Shown: one piece after another, positions 9,001 through 15,773 of the stretch
Layout of the letters: every line of letters starts with the position of its first letter
Position numbering within the stretch: position 1 is the first letter of the stretch
DNA from: Bacteroidota bacterium
GTDB lineage: Bacteria; Bacteroidota; Ignavibacteria; UBA10030
Assembly: GCA_049523215.1 (NCBI GenBank)
Contig: JBEKNC010000003.1
Coordinates: 263,394-327,393, forward strand
Direction: 5' to 3'
DNA: 64,000 nt
The notes under the pieces: model-generated
What the model saw: the letters and a program-made list of their open reading frames with translations, nothing else
Databases searched by the model: none
What the model was told of the DNA's origin: nothing
Position numbers and translations under genes: made by a program

Positions 9001-9252
9001 CGGTTCTTGTTCCTTTACTTCTCTGGCAGTACTGCTCTTCATTCTCGATTCCGGTACGACCTCTTGACGGAATAGCGGTTGCATCAAACGATTATGCACA
9101 TCCCAACCAAGTGCTTCAAAAAACGGATCGATGAGCTGCTGGCGCGCCTGAGTCTCGTTAAACGATGATGATTTGAATTGATAGATGTTCTGATCAAAGA
9201 AATTGACAAGTTTTTCTATATTTTTTCGCGCTGATATTCTATCATTAGCCAT
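6097..9252 (-). CDS. Type IIG/IIL restriction-modification enzyme (MmeI-like): N-terminal PD-ExK nuclease, N6-adenine gamma-class methyltransferase and C-terminal target-recognition domain
   Basis: N-terminal ETQARQQLIDPFFEALGWDV, PDYRF...FFVEAKK (PD..ExK) and LAILTDFEEFRTFD align with the MmeI N-terminal nuclease. MTase motif I IIDIACGSGSFLLGAF and motif IV VVIGNPPWIDIKG are present. The length is 1051 aa. A low-complexity insertion (IVAAIDDRGKKEEPTSATSATEIKR) is encoded by a repeat element. Confidence 0.8.
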   Translation of the reverse strand: MANDRISARKNIEKLVNFFDQNIYQFKSSSFNETQARQQLIDPFFEALGWDVHNRLMQPLFRQEVVPESRMKSSTAREVKEQEPLFPKKETLGKEYKEYASILDYIAEDEYKANSKEAVKKPDYRFRIGGQTKFFVEAKKPYVDLVKSQSAIFQVKRYGFSGRVPLAILTDFEEFRTFDCTQRPAFEKPKLGIIKDFDLTYKHYLDQFERLFDTFSRDAVAGGSLEALTKKMMLKRTGDFALDREFLEDLSKWREELARDIAKHPKNRRFLNDYTLNEAVQRILDRIVFIRVCEDREIEVENTLLAILRMWKERRGLSLYSLLNDLFKQRRALYNGLLFSQHQCEELEVGDEVLIKILENLNYPFSPYHFNEIGVEILGSIYEKFLGKTIHLAPKNVIIKEKPEVRKAGGVYYTPQYIVKYIVDNTLGKLLYEEKIVAAIDDRGKKEEPTSATSATEIKRLRLSPKQVSKLKIIDIACGSGSFLLGAFQTLIDYHIEWYTAHPEDIKTENNVPDSYKDADGNYHLSPRKKRDILVNNIYGVDIDRQAVEVTQMSLYLKVLEGENAETLNPQMTLALKEVYLPSLAKNIKCGNSLIGTDFTSQGEMFDEEARHKVNPFDWEIEFSEIMKTGGFDVVIGNPPWIDIKGLDPSLVDYYFKKYKTTENRMNVYAVFIERALSIIKNKGRFGYIIPNSILTQSTYSKLRKKILTDAAVEQIVRLPDGVFENVVAETIVLTIAIRKVLNDDKCEIIIFDRTERLGHIDFDKALKHSFINQKSWSNEDYSTFNIFSNADALHLIDKMSKIGRDLEAVCGFSLGLTPYDKYKGHTQAQIEKRVFHSTKKKDKTFKKILSGEDISRYLVDWGRKEWISYGDWLGAPREQRFFSEPRILVRQIVSGSPLRIYAGYTEEELYNAQIAFNLLLKNDAECSLKYILGILNSKLINFYHKHKYLDQSKEVFQKILIQNAKRLPIRAIDFNNPIEKKMHDDLVSLVEKMLELNKQLQKSHFDSEKEPVERQIAATDKKIDDIVYKLYELTEEEIKIVEGKVENKNS
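6121..6142. repeat. Fragment of repeat module A (cccctccacaatctttatctc) overlapping the last codons of the Type IIG gene
   Basis: 22-nt identity to the 5' end of module A. It encodes ...EIKIVEG of the MTase C-terminus. Confidence 0.5.
7884..7946. repeat. 63-bp double-hairpin element (GACGTC-type hairpin plus ccgcgatcatcgatcgcgg hairpin) inserted in frame inside the Type IIG coding region; second copy at 52326-52386
   Basis: tagccgacgtcgctgacgtcggttcttcctttttcccgcgatcatcgatcgcggctacaa compared with the 52326 copy gctgacgtcattgacgtcggcattttcttccccgcgaccatcggtcgcggctacaa. Both have the same two-hairpin architecture and the shared tail cgcggctacaa. Confidence 0.75.
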
Positions 9253-9421
9253 TATCTGAGCCTTAAAAATCTCATCAGGTAATTCAATGGTTCAATGCCA
9301 TCGGTGAGCCGCATATCCCCTAATAGCATCTGCTAAGAATGTAGACAAACCTTCTATCTTGTTCAACTTTCATTTCCATTTCATTGCTGGAACAGTTTCA
9401 TATATTCCTTAAAAAATAAAT

Positions 9422-10675
9422 CTACACCCACAATGCTTGGATCGGAACGGCATAAAGATTCTTCTCAAACGGAATGACTTCATTTCCATCATATAATACG
9501 ATGCCGCGCAGAAACTTCTTTTTCATTTCAGCTTCCAGCATCTTCATCGTTTTAAATGACGATGCGTCGACCTTTTGCCCGCTTTTGACTTCAATACAAA
9601 CTATACTGCCATCACGGCGTTCAAGCAGAAAATCAATTTCCTGTCCGGTATGTGTCCGAAAATGATGTATCTGCGTCTGTGTTTTACACCATGAGATCAG
9701 TTTCAGCAATTCATTGAGAACAAATGACTCAACGGCTTTTCCCATAATCTCTCCGTCAGACCGAAGCCGCTGGTCATCTGCACCGAGAAGATACAGCATC
9801 AATCCGGTATCTGTCAGGTACAGCTTCGGTGTCTTAATCAGACGTTTGCTCAGATTCTTAGACCACGGCGTTACCAATCGCACAAGGAACGTTGTTTCAA
9901 GCAGGGTCATGTATCTTTTTAAGGTCGTCTGCGGAATAGTACTGCTATTGGACAACTCTGCAAAATTCAACAAAGAACCTGAACGGCTGGCAAGAAGGGC
10001 AAGCAGCCGAGGAAGCGCCGTTAATCCTTCGATGTGCATGAGATCCCGTATATCACGCTGCAAGATGGTTGTTACATACGAACTGAACCAGGAATTCCTG
10101 CGAGCCGGATCATTGCGCTGCAATGCTTCAAAATATCCGCCTTTTATCATCCGATCACTCAATAGATGACGCGTGATATTTTTGACGGAGTATTTGGGCA
10201 TTTTCTCTGCAAAGATATCCTCTACAAATGATCCCTTTGTTTCTTCGAGTTCACTTTGTGAAAATGGGTACAGGGAAAGTATCTCCATTCGCCCTGCAAG
10301 CGACTCAGAAAGTTTCGGTATGAGAAGGACATTTGCCGAACCCGTTAAAAGAAATTGGCCTGCCCTCTTTTTTTTATCTACGGAGGCTTTCAATGCAAGA
10401 AATATTTCCGGCGCCCTTTGGACTTCATCGATAATGAGCGGCTCTTGATAACCGGCTAAAAATCCTTCCGGATTATTATGCACAGCGGAGAGAACCACCG
10501 CATCGTCCAATGTGACATATCGAGCAGTATGCCCATGCGATGATAGCCACTCCACCAATGTGCTTTTTCCTACCTGCCGGGCTCCATTGAGCAAGACAAC
10601 AGGGCTATCCTTGAGAGCATCAAGTACATTCGGTGTAATAGTACGCTGTCCAATATTTAGCTGATAATCATCCAT
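9422..10675 (-). CDS. AAA+ ATPase of the DUF4143-containing (COG1373-like) family
   Basis: Walker A LLNGARQVGKST and Walker B LIIDEVQ. The C-terminal region has the conserved pattern of the DUF4143 archaeal-type ATPases (...HHFRTHTGQEIDFLLER...CIEVKSG). Confidence 0.8.
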   Translation of the reverse strand: MDDYQLNIGQRTITPNVLDALKDSPVVLLNGARQVGKSTLVEWLSSHGHTARYVTLDDAVVLSAVHNNPEGFLAGYQEPLIIDEVQRAPEIFLALKASVDKKKRAGQFLLTGSANVLLIPKLSESLAGRMEILSLYPFSQSELEETKGSFVEDIFAEKMPKYSVKNITRHLLSDRMIKGGYFEALQRNDPARRNSWFSSYVTTILQRDIRDLMHIEGLTALPRLLALLASRSGSLLNFAELSNSSTIPQTTLKRYMTLLETTFLVRLVTPWSKNLSKRLIKTPKLYLTDTGLMLYLLGADDQRLRSDGEIMGKAVESFVLNELLKLISWCKTQTQIHHFRTHTGQEIDFLLERRDGSIVCIEVKSGQKVDASSFKTMKMLEAEMKKKFLRGIVLYDGNEVIPFEKNLYAVPIQALWV

Positions 10676-10854
10676 AATGTGGACGATTTTACATTCACGC
10701 CGGTTTATACAGATTATGGAGCAACTTGAAATAGCGGAAGGCCCTATTTTAACTTATTCTACCAACTTAAAATAAGCATTTTCTTATTTATCCCGGGCAC
10801 GACAGTGTCGTGCCCCTACAAAAGAACCTCCGGAGGTTGATGGGAACACAATTT

Positions 10855-11075
10855 ATCTTTCTCTCTTTCTTTTACACTCGCCAGCGAAATCGATAGAAGA
10901 TGTTCATCAAATTAATTGTATCCGCGACTCCACCACCCCTTCGAAATAATGTCTGCGTATTTTGGAACACGCAAAGCGTGATGCTTTCCTACGCTCCTCC
11001 TCAAATGAGGAGGGGACAAGCGTAGTGCAAGGGTGGTGGTTTTATGCTTCAAAGAAAGTGGCGATAAGTTTATAT
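10855..11075. repeat. Intergenic repeat modules X (10855-10905), a GC-rich long hairpin (10929-11039) and Y (11046-11073) upstream of the S46 peptidase gene; X and Y recur downstream at 13548-13615 and 13804-13832
   Basis: X: ttctctctttcttttacactcgccagcgaaatcgatagaag compared with 13561 ttcttctctttttcttttcctaagcctgcgaaatcgacggaag. Y: tcaaagaaagtggcgataagtttat compared with 13806 tcaaagaaagtggcgataaatttat. Hairpin: ccaccacccc...ctcctcctcaaatgaggagggg...gggtggtgg. Confidence 0.7.
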
Positions 11076-11248
11076 TATTTGAAATAAATCAAGATTCCCG
11101 CCTGCCCTCCTTCCGCCCAAAAAACTGGCGGACAAGACGGTGGGTAAGCAGGCAGAAAACGCAGAAATGGATGGGTCTCTTTTTTCAAAAAAGTTTCGTT
11201 ATATTATCCCGTCTTCAATAACTCTAATTTCATTTTTGGAGGATTCCT

Positions 11249-13342
11249 ATGAAAACCAAGACCCGTTGGATTAAGTATATTCTGACGTTTGGTGTTGTTC
11301 TTTTTGTATTTCATAGTACAATTTTTTCAGCACCCGATGAAGGAATGTGGACATTTGATAATCCACCGTTGAAGCTGCTCAACGATCGTTATAACTTCAT
11401 CCCAACACAGGAATGGCTTGACCATGTGCGGCTTTCGAGTGTCCGTTTTAACAATGGAGGATCGGGATCATTCGTTAGTCCTACTGGATTGGTACTAACG
11501 AACCACCATGTTGCCCTTGATCAATTACAGAAAGTATCAACATCCCAGAAAGATTATGTCCAAGATGGCTTCTATGCCGCCACACCTGCTGAAGAGATGA
11601 AGTGCCCCGATCTTGAACTTAACGTCCTGATGTCGCTTGAAAATGTTACCGACAGGGTTTTCAGTGTAATAAAAAAGGGAATGAGCGATCAGGAAATCTA
11701 TGCCGCACGAAAAGCTGAAATAGCAAAGATCGAAAAAGAAAGCCTCGAAAAAACAACGCTTCGGTCTGATGTCGTGCCGCTCTATGATGGAGGTGAATAC
11801 TGGCTGTATCGGTACAAGAAGTATACTGAGGTCCGTCTTGTATTTGCCCCTGAAGTGCAGATTGCATTCTACGGCGGTGATCCGGATAATTTCACTTTCC
11901 CGCGTTACGATCTCGACATGGCAATTTTCAGGGTATATGAAGACGGCAAACCTGTCGTGAGCACTCAGTACCTGAAGTGGAACTCAAAAGGCGCCGCCGA
12001 TGGTGATTTGGTATTTGTATCTGGAAATCCGGGCTACACAGCTCGTTTGAACACAATGGCTGAAATTGAAAAAGATCGCGATTATACGTACCCGCTGATA
12101 CTCAAAATATTAAAGCGCCGCCTTGAGGTATTGAAACGCTATGCGGCACTTGGACCTGAGCAGGCAAGGCAGGCGAGCAACATGATTTTCTACTATGAGA
12201 ATTCGGTCAAGGCTCTTACGGGAGAGTATAACGGTCTCCTGGATAAAAATCTTATAGCAAAAAAACAAAAAGAGGAAACTGATTTTCAAACACGCGTCAA
12301 CAGCAAGCCTGAATGGAAATCGGAATTCGGCGGCGTGTGGAACACGATCGCAGAGATCCAGAAAAAGCATAGCGAAAACATGACTAAGATCCGGTACCGT
12401 GCGATTCGCGGTTCACAATTTGCCCAGCTTGCACTGGATATCGTTCGATATGTGACGGAAATACAGAAACCGGATGGAAAACGTCTTGAGGGATTTCACG
12501 ATTCGCAACTCGAATCACTCCGATACGATCTTCTCTCACCTGCACCAATTTATCTGCAGCTTGAAGAAACTATGTTTGCTGATGCGTTGCGGGAATCATT
12601 GGAACAACTGGGTCCCGACGACCCCTTCGTAAAAACAATTCTTGGAACCCGAACACCCGAAGAGGCTGCAAAAGATCTTTTCACCGGTACGAAACTCGCC
12701 GATCCGAAGGTCCGGAAAGCGCTTATTGAGGGCGGAGAAAAAGTCGTCGATGAATCAACCGATCCTTTAATTGCAATGGCACAGAAGGTTGATCCGATTC
12801 TGCGTGAACTTCGAAAATGGATCGAGGACCATCTTGATAGTCAGATGAAAATTGCAGGGGAAAAACTCGGGAAAGCCCGCTTTGCAATCTATGGAAAATC
12901 TGTCAACCCTGATGCTACCTTCACGCTTCGGCTTTCGTACGGCGCTGTCAAAGGATATCCGATGAACGGCACGATAGCACCGTCAAAAACGACATTCTAC
13001 GGATTATATGATCGTGCATCGAGTTTCGATATGAAACAGCCGTTCAATCTTCCCGCACGATATCTTGAGCGGAAAGAGAAGCTCGATCTCTCGACCCCGC
13101 TGAATTTTGTCTGCTCATGCGATATCATCGGCGGCAACTCCGGATCTCCGGTTATCAACAGAGATGGCGAGCTTGTCGGATTGATTTTCGATGGAAATAT
13201 TGAGAGCCTTGTCGGCAATTTTATTTACAGCGATGAGACAAACCGTGCCGTTGCAGTCCATTCGGCTGCAATGATCGAAGCTTTACGGAAACTCTACGAT
13301 GCCGGAAAGCTTGCAGACGAACTGGAGGGAAAATCGAAGTAG
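11249..13342 (+). CDS. S46 family dipeptidyl-peptidase (DPP7/DPP11-like serine peptidase), secreted
   Basis: Signal peptide, then the motif DEGMWTFDNPP typical of the S46 N-terminus. The catalytic Ser motif GGNSGSPV lies near the C-terminus and the His region is TNHHV. The length is 697 aa. A good RBS (ggagg) sits before the ATG. Confidence 0.85.
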   Translation: MKTKTRWIKYILTFGVVLFVFHSTIFSAPDEGMWTFDNPPLKLLNDRYNFIPTQEWLDHVRLSSVRFNNGGSGSFVSPTGLVLTNHHVALDQLQKVSTSQKDYVQDGFYAATPAEEMKCPDLELNVLMSLENVTDRVFSVIKKGMSDQEIYAARKAEIAKIEKESLEKTTLRSDVVPLYDGGEYWLYRYKKYTEVRLVFAPEVQIAFYGGDPDNFTFPRYDLDMAIFRVYEDGKPVVSTQYLKWNSKGAADGDLVFVSGNPGYTARLNTMAEIEKDRDYTYPLILKILKRRLEVLKRYAALGPEQARQASNMIFYYENSVKALTGEYNGLLDKNLIAKKQKEETDFQTRVNSKPEWKSEFGGVWNTIAEIQKKHSENMTKIRYRAIRGSQFAQLALDIVRYVTEIQKPDGKRLEGFHDSQLESLRYDLLSPAPIYLQLEETMFADALRESLEQLGPDDPFVKTILGTRTPEEAAKDLFTGTKLADPKVRKALIEGGEKVVDESTDPLIAMAQKVDPILRELRKWIEDHLDSQMKIAGEKLGKARFAIYGKSVNPDATFTLRLSYGAVKGYPMNGTIAPSKTTFYGLYDRASSFDMKQPFNLPARYLERKEKLDLSTPLNFVCSCDIIGGNSGSPVINRDGELVGLIFDGNIESLVGNFIYSDETNRAVAVHSAAMIEALRKLYDAGKLADELEGKSK

Positions 13343-13360
13343 GAAAAATCATGCTAAAAA

Positions 13361-13386
13361 GCCGGGACACATGTTCCGGCTTTTTT
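13361..13386 (+). terminator. Rho-independent terminator of the S46 peptidase gene
   Basis: gccgggacacatgttccggc stem-loop followed by tttttt, 19 nt after the stop codon. Confidence 0.65.
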
Positions 13387-13489
13387 ATCTCTCCACAATG
13401 TATTCAATATTAGACCTTCAGTCACCGGTTCTTCCCTGAATACTCCATAAATATTGCTACAGTAACACCACAGAACAATAATGAGTGAG

Positions 13490-13897
13490 TAATTTAATTA
13501 AGATACCCGTTTGCACGGGTATGATAGGTAAAACGCGGGAATGGCATTTCCTTCTTTTCCTTTTCTTCTCTTTTTCTTTTCCTAAGCCTGCGAAATCGAC
13601 GGAAGTGAACACGGCCAAGAGGAGGCATTGCTTATTCCATCTTCGATCCAAATCCTAAACGTGAAGCGCATCGAGTCCGTAATAGTCATTCCTCCTTGAG
13701 AATATATTTTCGATTTCGTCCGACTGCCGATCGGCAGTCGAGATCTCGTCTCGACATCGTCAAGACGGACATGTGTTTCTTTCTGCCACTTTCTTTGCAC
13801 ATTCAAAGAAAGTGGCGATAAATTTATGGATCGAATTAGTGGGTAATTTATTTAAGGTGCCCGCGTGCGCGTATGACTGGCAAAACGTGAGGGAAGA
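13490..13897. repeat. Structured intergenic region: two related roughly 57-nt elements (13490-13547 and 13843-13897), a 50-nt CT-rich tract, perfect palindromes (cgactgccgatcggcagtcg; gccactttctttg..caaagaaagtggc) and modules X'/Y'
   Basis: gtgagtaatttaattaagatacccgtttgcacgggtatgataggtaaaacgcgggaa compared with gtgggtaatttatttaaggtgcccgcgtgcgcgtatgactggcaaaacgtgagggaa, about 75 percent identical and in the same orientation. Confidence 0.6.
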
Positions 13898-13901
13898 AAT
13901 T

Positions 13902-14495
13902 CTAGCGCCGAATTTTTAATCCAAGTGAGATACCGTATTCCGGAATTGCATTATGTTCACCGTAGCGACCGGTGAGAGACAGAGAATAGTTTGCTTCCAA
14001 GGGGAATTCCAGGCTGGTTCCAAATCCCCAGTTTTGGTAAATTCCTGTGTTGGCTCCCATCCAAATGCGCGTGCCATTCTGTGCTATCGGCGTCCCCATC
14101 CCTATCCGTAAAAGTCCTTTGCCCGTTGTGTAAGGAATTTCGTCCAGACATTTGATTTCAAAAAAGGTTTTTTCCAAATATCCTACTCGTAAACCTGTTG
14201 TGCCAAATGAAAAGATTCCATTGTCATAAGCAAAGTCCGGATAGCCGAAAACCGCTAAGCTCCCGTTAGAAGGTATCGCACTTATACTCGCTCCTAATCT
14301 CCAGGGAGATTTGAATTTCTGAGTTACACGAAAGCCGGCGTCATAAAAATGTGATGTATGCTCACCGCTGCAATCTTCATATGTATATTGTCCGGTTCCT
14401 GCACCGACGTGCCATTCAGTATAGGAAGAATCCTGCGGAGCAAAACCAACAATGTAAGGCGCTAAAAAGAGTATGATGAAAAAACATTTCGACAT
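13902..14495 (-). CDS. Putative outer-membrane beta-barrel protein (hypothetical)
   Basis: Signal peptide MSKCFFIILFLAPYIVGFA, alternating amphipathic beta-strand pattern rich in G/Y/T, aromatic residue at the C-terminus region. Confidence 0.4.
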   Translation of the reverse strand: MSKCFFIILFLAPYIVGFAPQDSSYTEWHVGAGTGQYTYEDCSGEHTSHFYDAGFRVTQKFKSPWRLGASISAIPSNGSLAVFGYPDFAYDNGIFSFGTTGLRVGYLEKTFFEIKCLDEIPYTTGKGLLRIGMGTPIAQNGTRIWMGANTGIYQNWGFGTSLEFPLEANYSLSLTGRYGEHNAIPEYGISLGLKIRR

Positions 14496-14519
14496 TCATC
14501 CCTCCGTCTGTTGATGAAG

Positions 14520-15624
14520 TCACGCTGCAGCGGATTTCTCTTCCACTTTGAGAATTTCGTACAGCGTTGTACGTTGCGCCGGAATAAATCCTGATTCCCG
14601 AATCATATTCCTGCACTCTTCAGCATCGGTTGTATTGATGAAATTAGCAGCCGCATGCACATTCTCTTCAAGCAACGTGCCGCCAAAATCATCGGCGCCA
14701 AAGTGCAAAGCAATCTGGCCGATCTTCTTCCCTTCTGAGAACCACGACGCCTGGATATGTTCAAAATTGTCCAAATAAACGCGTGAGAAGGCGATCATTT
14801 GCAGATACCGTGTAAGATGTAGCATAATGCGGAATAATCTTCTCTAAAGGCGTGTTACCGGGCTTAAATGACCACGGAATGAAGGCAGTGAACCCGCCGG
14901 TCTCATCCTGCAGCTGGCGGATGGCCTCGAGATGCTCAACAATATCCTCATCTGTTTCGAGGTGCCCGTACATCATAGTTGCCGTTGTTTTGTAGCCAAT
15001 CTGCTGGGCAATGCGCATGACATTCAGCCAATCGGCAAAAGTGCCTTTTTTACTGCTGATCTTCCTCCTCACACGGTCAGAGAGAATTTCGGCGCCTCCG
15101 CCGGGAATAGACCGCAATCCTTTTTCCCACAATTTCTCCAGCACCCCCCGAATCGATAAACCGGAGATTTGCGACATCCCAATAATTTCCGATGTGGAAA
15201 AGAAATGCGGATAGATCTCCGGGACTTCCTTCACGGTACGTTCGACAAGTTCGAGATAATATTCAAATGGAATCGTCGGGTCAACTCCGCCCTGGAGAAG
15301 CACTGTCGTGATACCTTTCGACGCCGCTTCCTTAAATTTCTGAATCAGTTGGTCGCTCGACAGCCGGTACGCGCCTTCTTCGCCCGGATGCCGGTAGAAT
15401 GCGCAGAAGATACAATCGATGTTGCAGACATTTGAATAATTCGGATTGGTATCGAGCAAATAAGTTACCCATTGTTTCGGATTTTTTTGGAATCGGATTT
15501 CATTTGCCATGTCGCCGAGATCCAATAACTCCGCATTCCTCAACAGAAAGAATCCTTCTTCCCGCGAGATACGAACACCTTCCCGAACCTTCTGATAAAT
15601 TTCTTCCAATGTCATACCATACAT
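14520..15624 (-). pseudogene. Radical SAM menaquinone-biosynthesis enzyme (futalosine pathway, MqnC/MqnE-like) interrupted by a frameshift near 14805-14845
   Basis: The CNIDCIFCAF CxxxCxxC cluster lies in the 287-aa ORF (14761-15624). The C-terminal part (AFSRVYLDNFEHIQASWF...GADDFGGT, typical MqnC/E C-terminus) lies in a different frame (14520-14843). The two frames overlap, consistent with a single-base indel. Confidence 0.6.
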
Positions 15625-15773
15625 CCTACAAATTTATTTGATAACCCGATTGGTGTCAGGAATTTCTTCCTGACACTTTTCTATGTCATCCTCGTTCGCT
15701 TTTTCTGTCAGGATGTAAATCCTGACAGCACATCTAATGAAACGCATCCTACAAATTTATTTGATAACCCGAT
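15622..15773. mobile_element. MITE-like insertion (about 94 bp, two hairpins, ends tgtcagga/tcctgaca) flanked by a perfect 29-bp direct duplication (15622-15650 and 15745-15773)
   Basis: DR catcctacaaatttatttgataacccgat appears twice. The internal sequence is tggtgtcaggaatttcttcctgacac...ctgtcaggatgtaaatcctgacag. One DR copy carries the stop codon of gene 15749-16579, the other carries the start codon of gene 14761-15624. Confidence 0.6.

Noticed and set aside
6097-9252. BREX PglX-type methyltransferase instead of a Type IIG enzyme
   Set aside because: The N-terminus carries an intact PD..ExK nuclease motif (PDYRF…FFVEAKK) like MmeI. No other BREX genes (brxA/B/C, pglZ, brxL) are in the neighbourhood.
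9253-9421. tRNA or other structured RNA in the intergenic gaps (9253-9421, 16580-16816, 41454-41556, 58700-58887)
   Set aside because: No cloverleaf-compatible sequence (GTTC..A T-loop or anticodon stem pattern) was recognised by eye. Cannot exclude without tRNAscan/Infernal.
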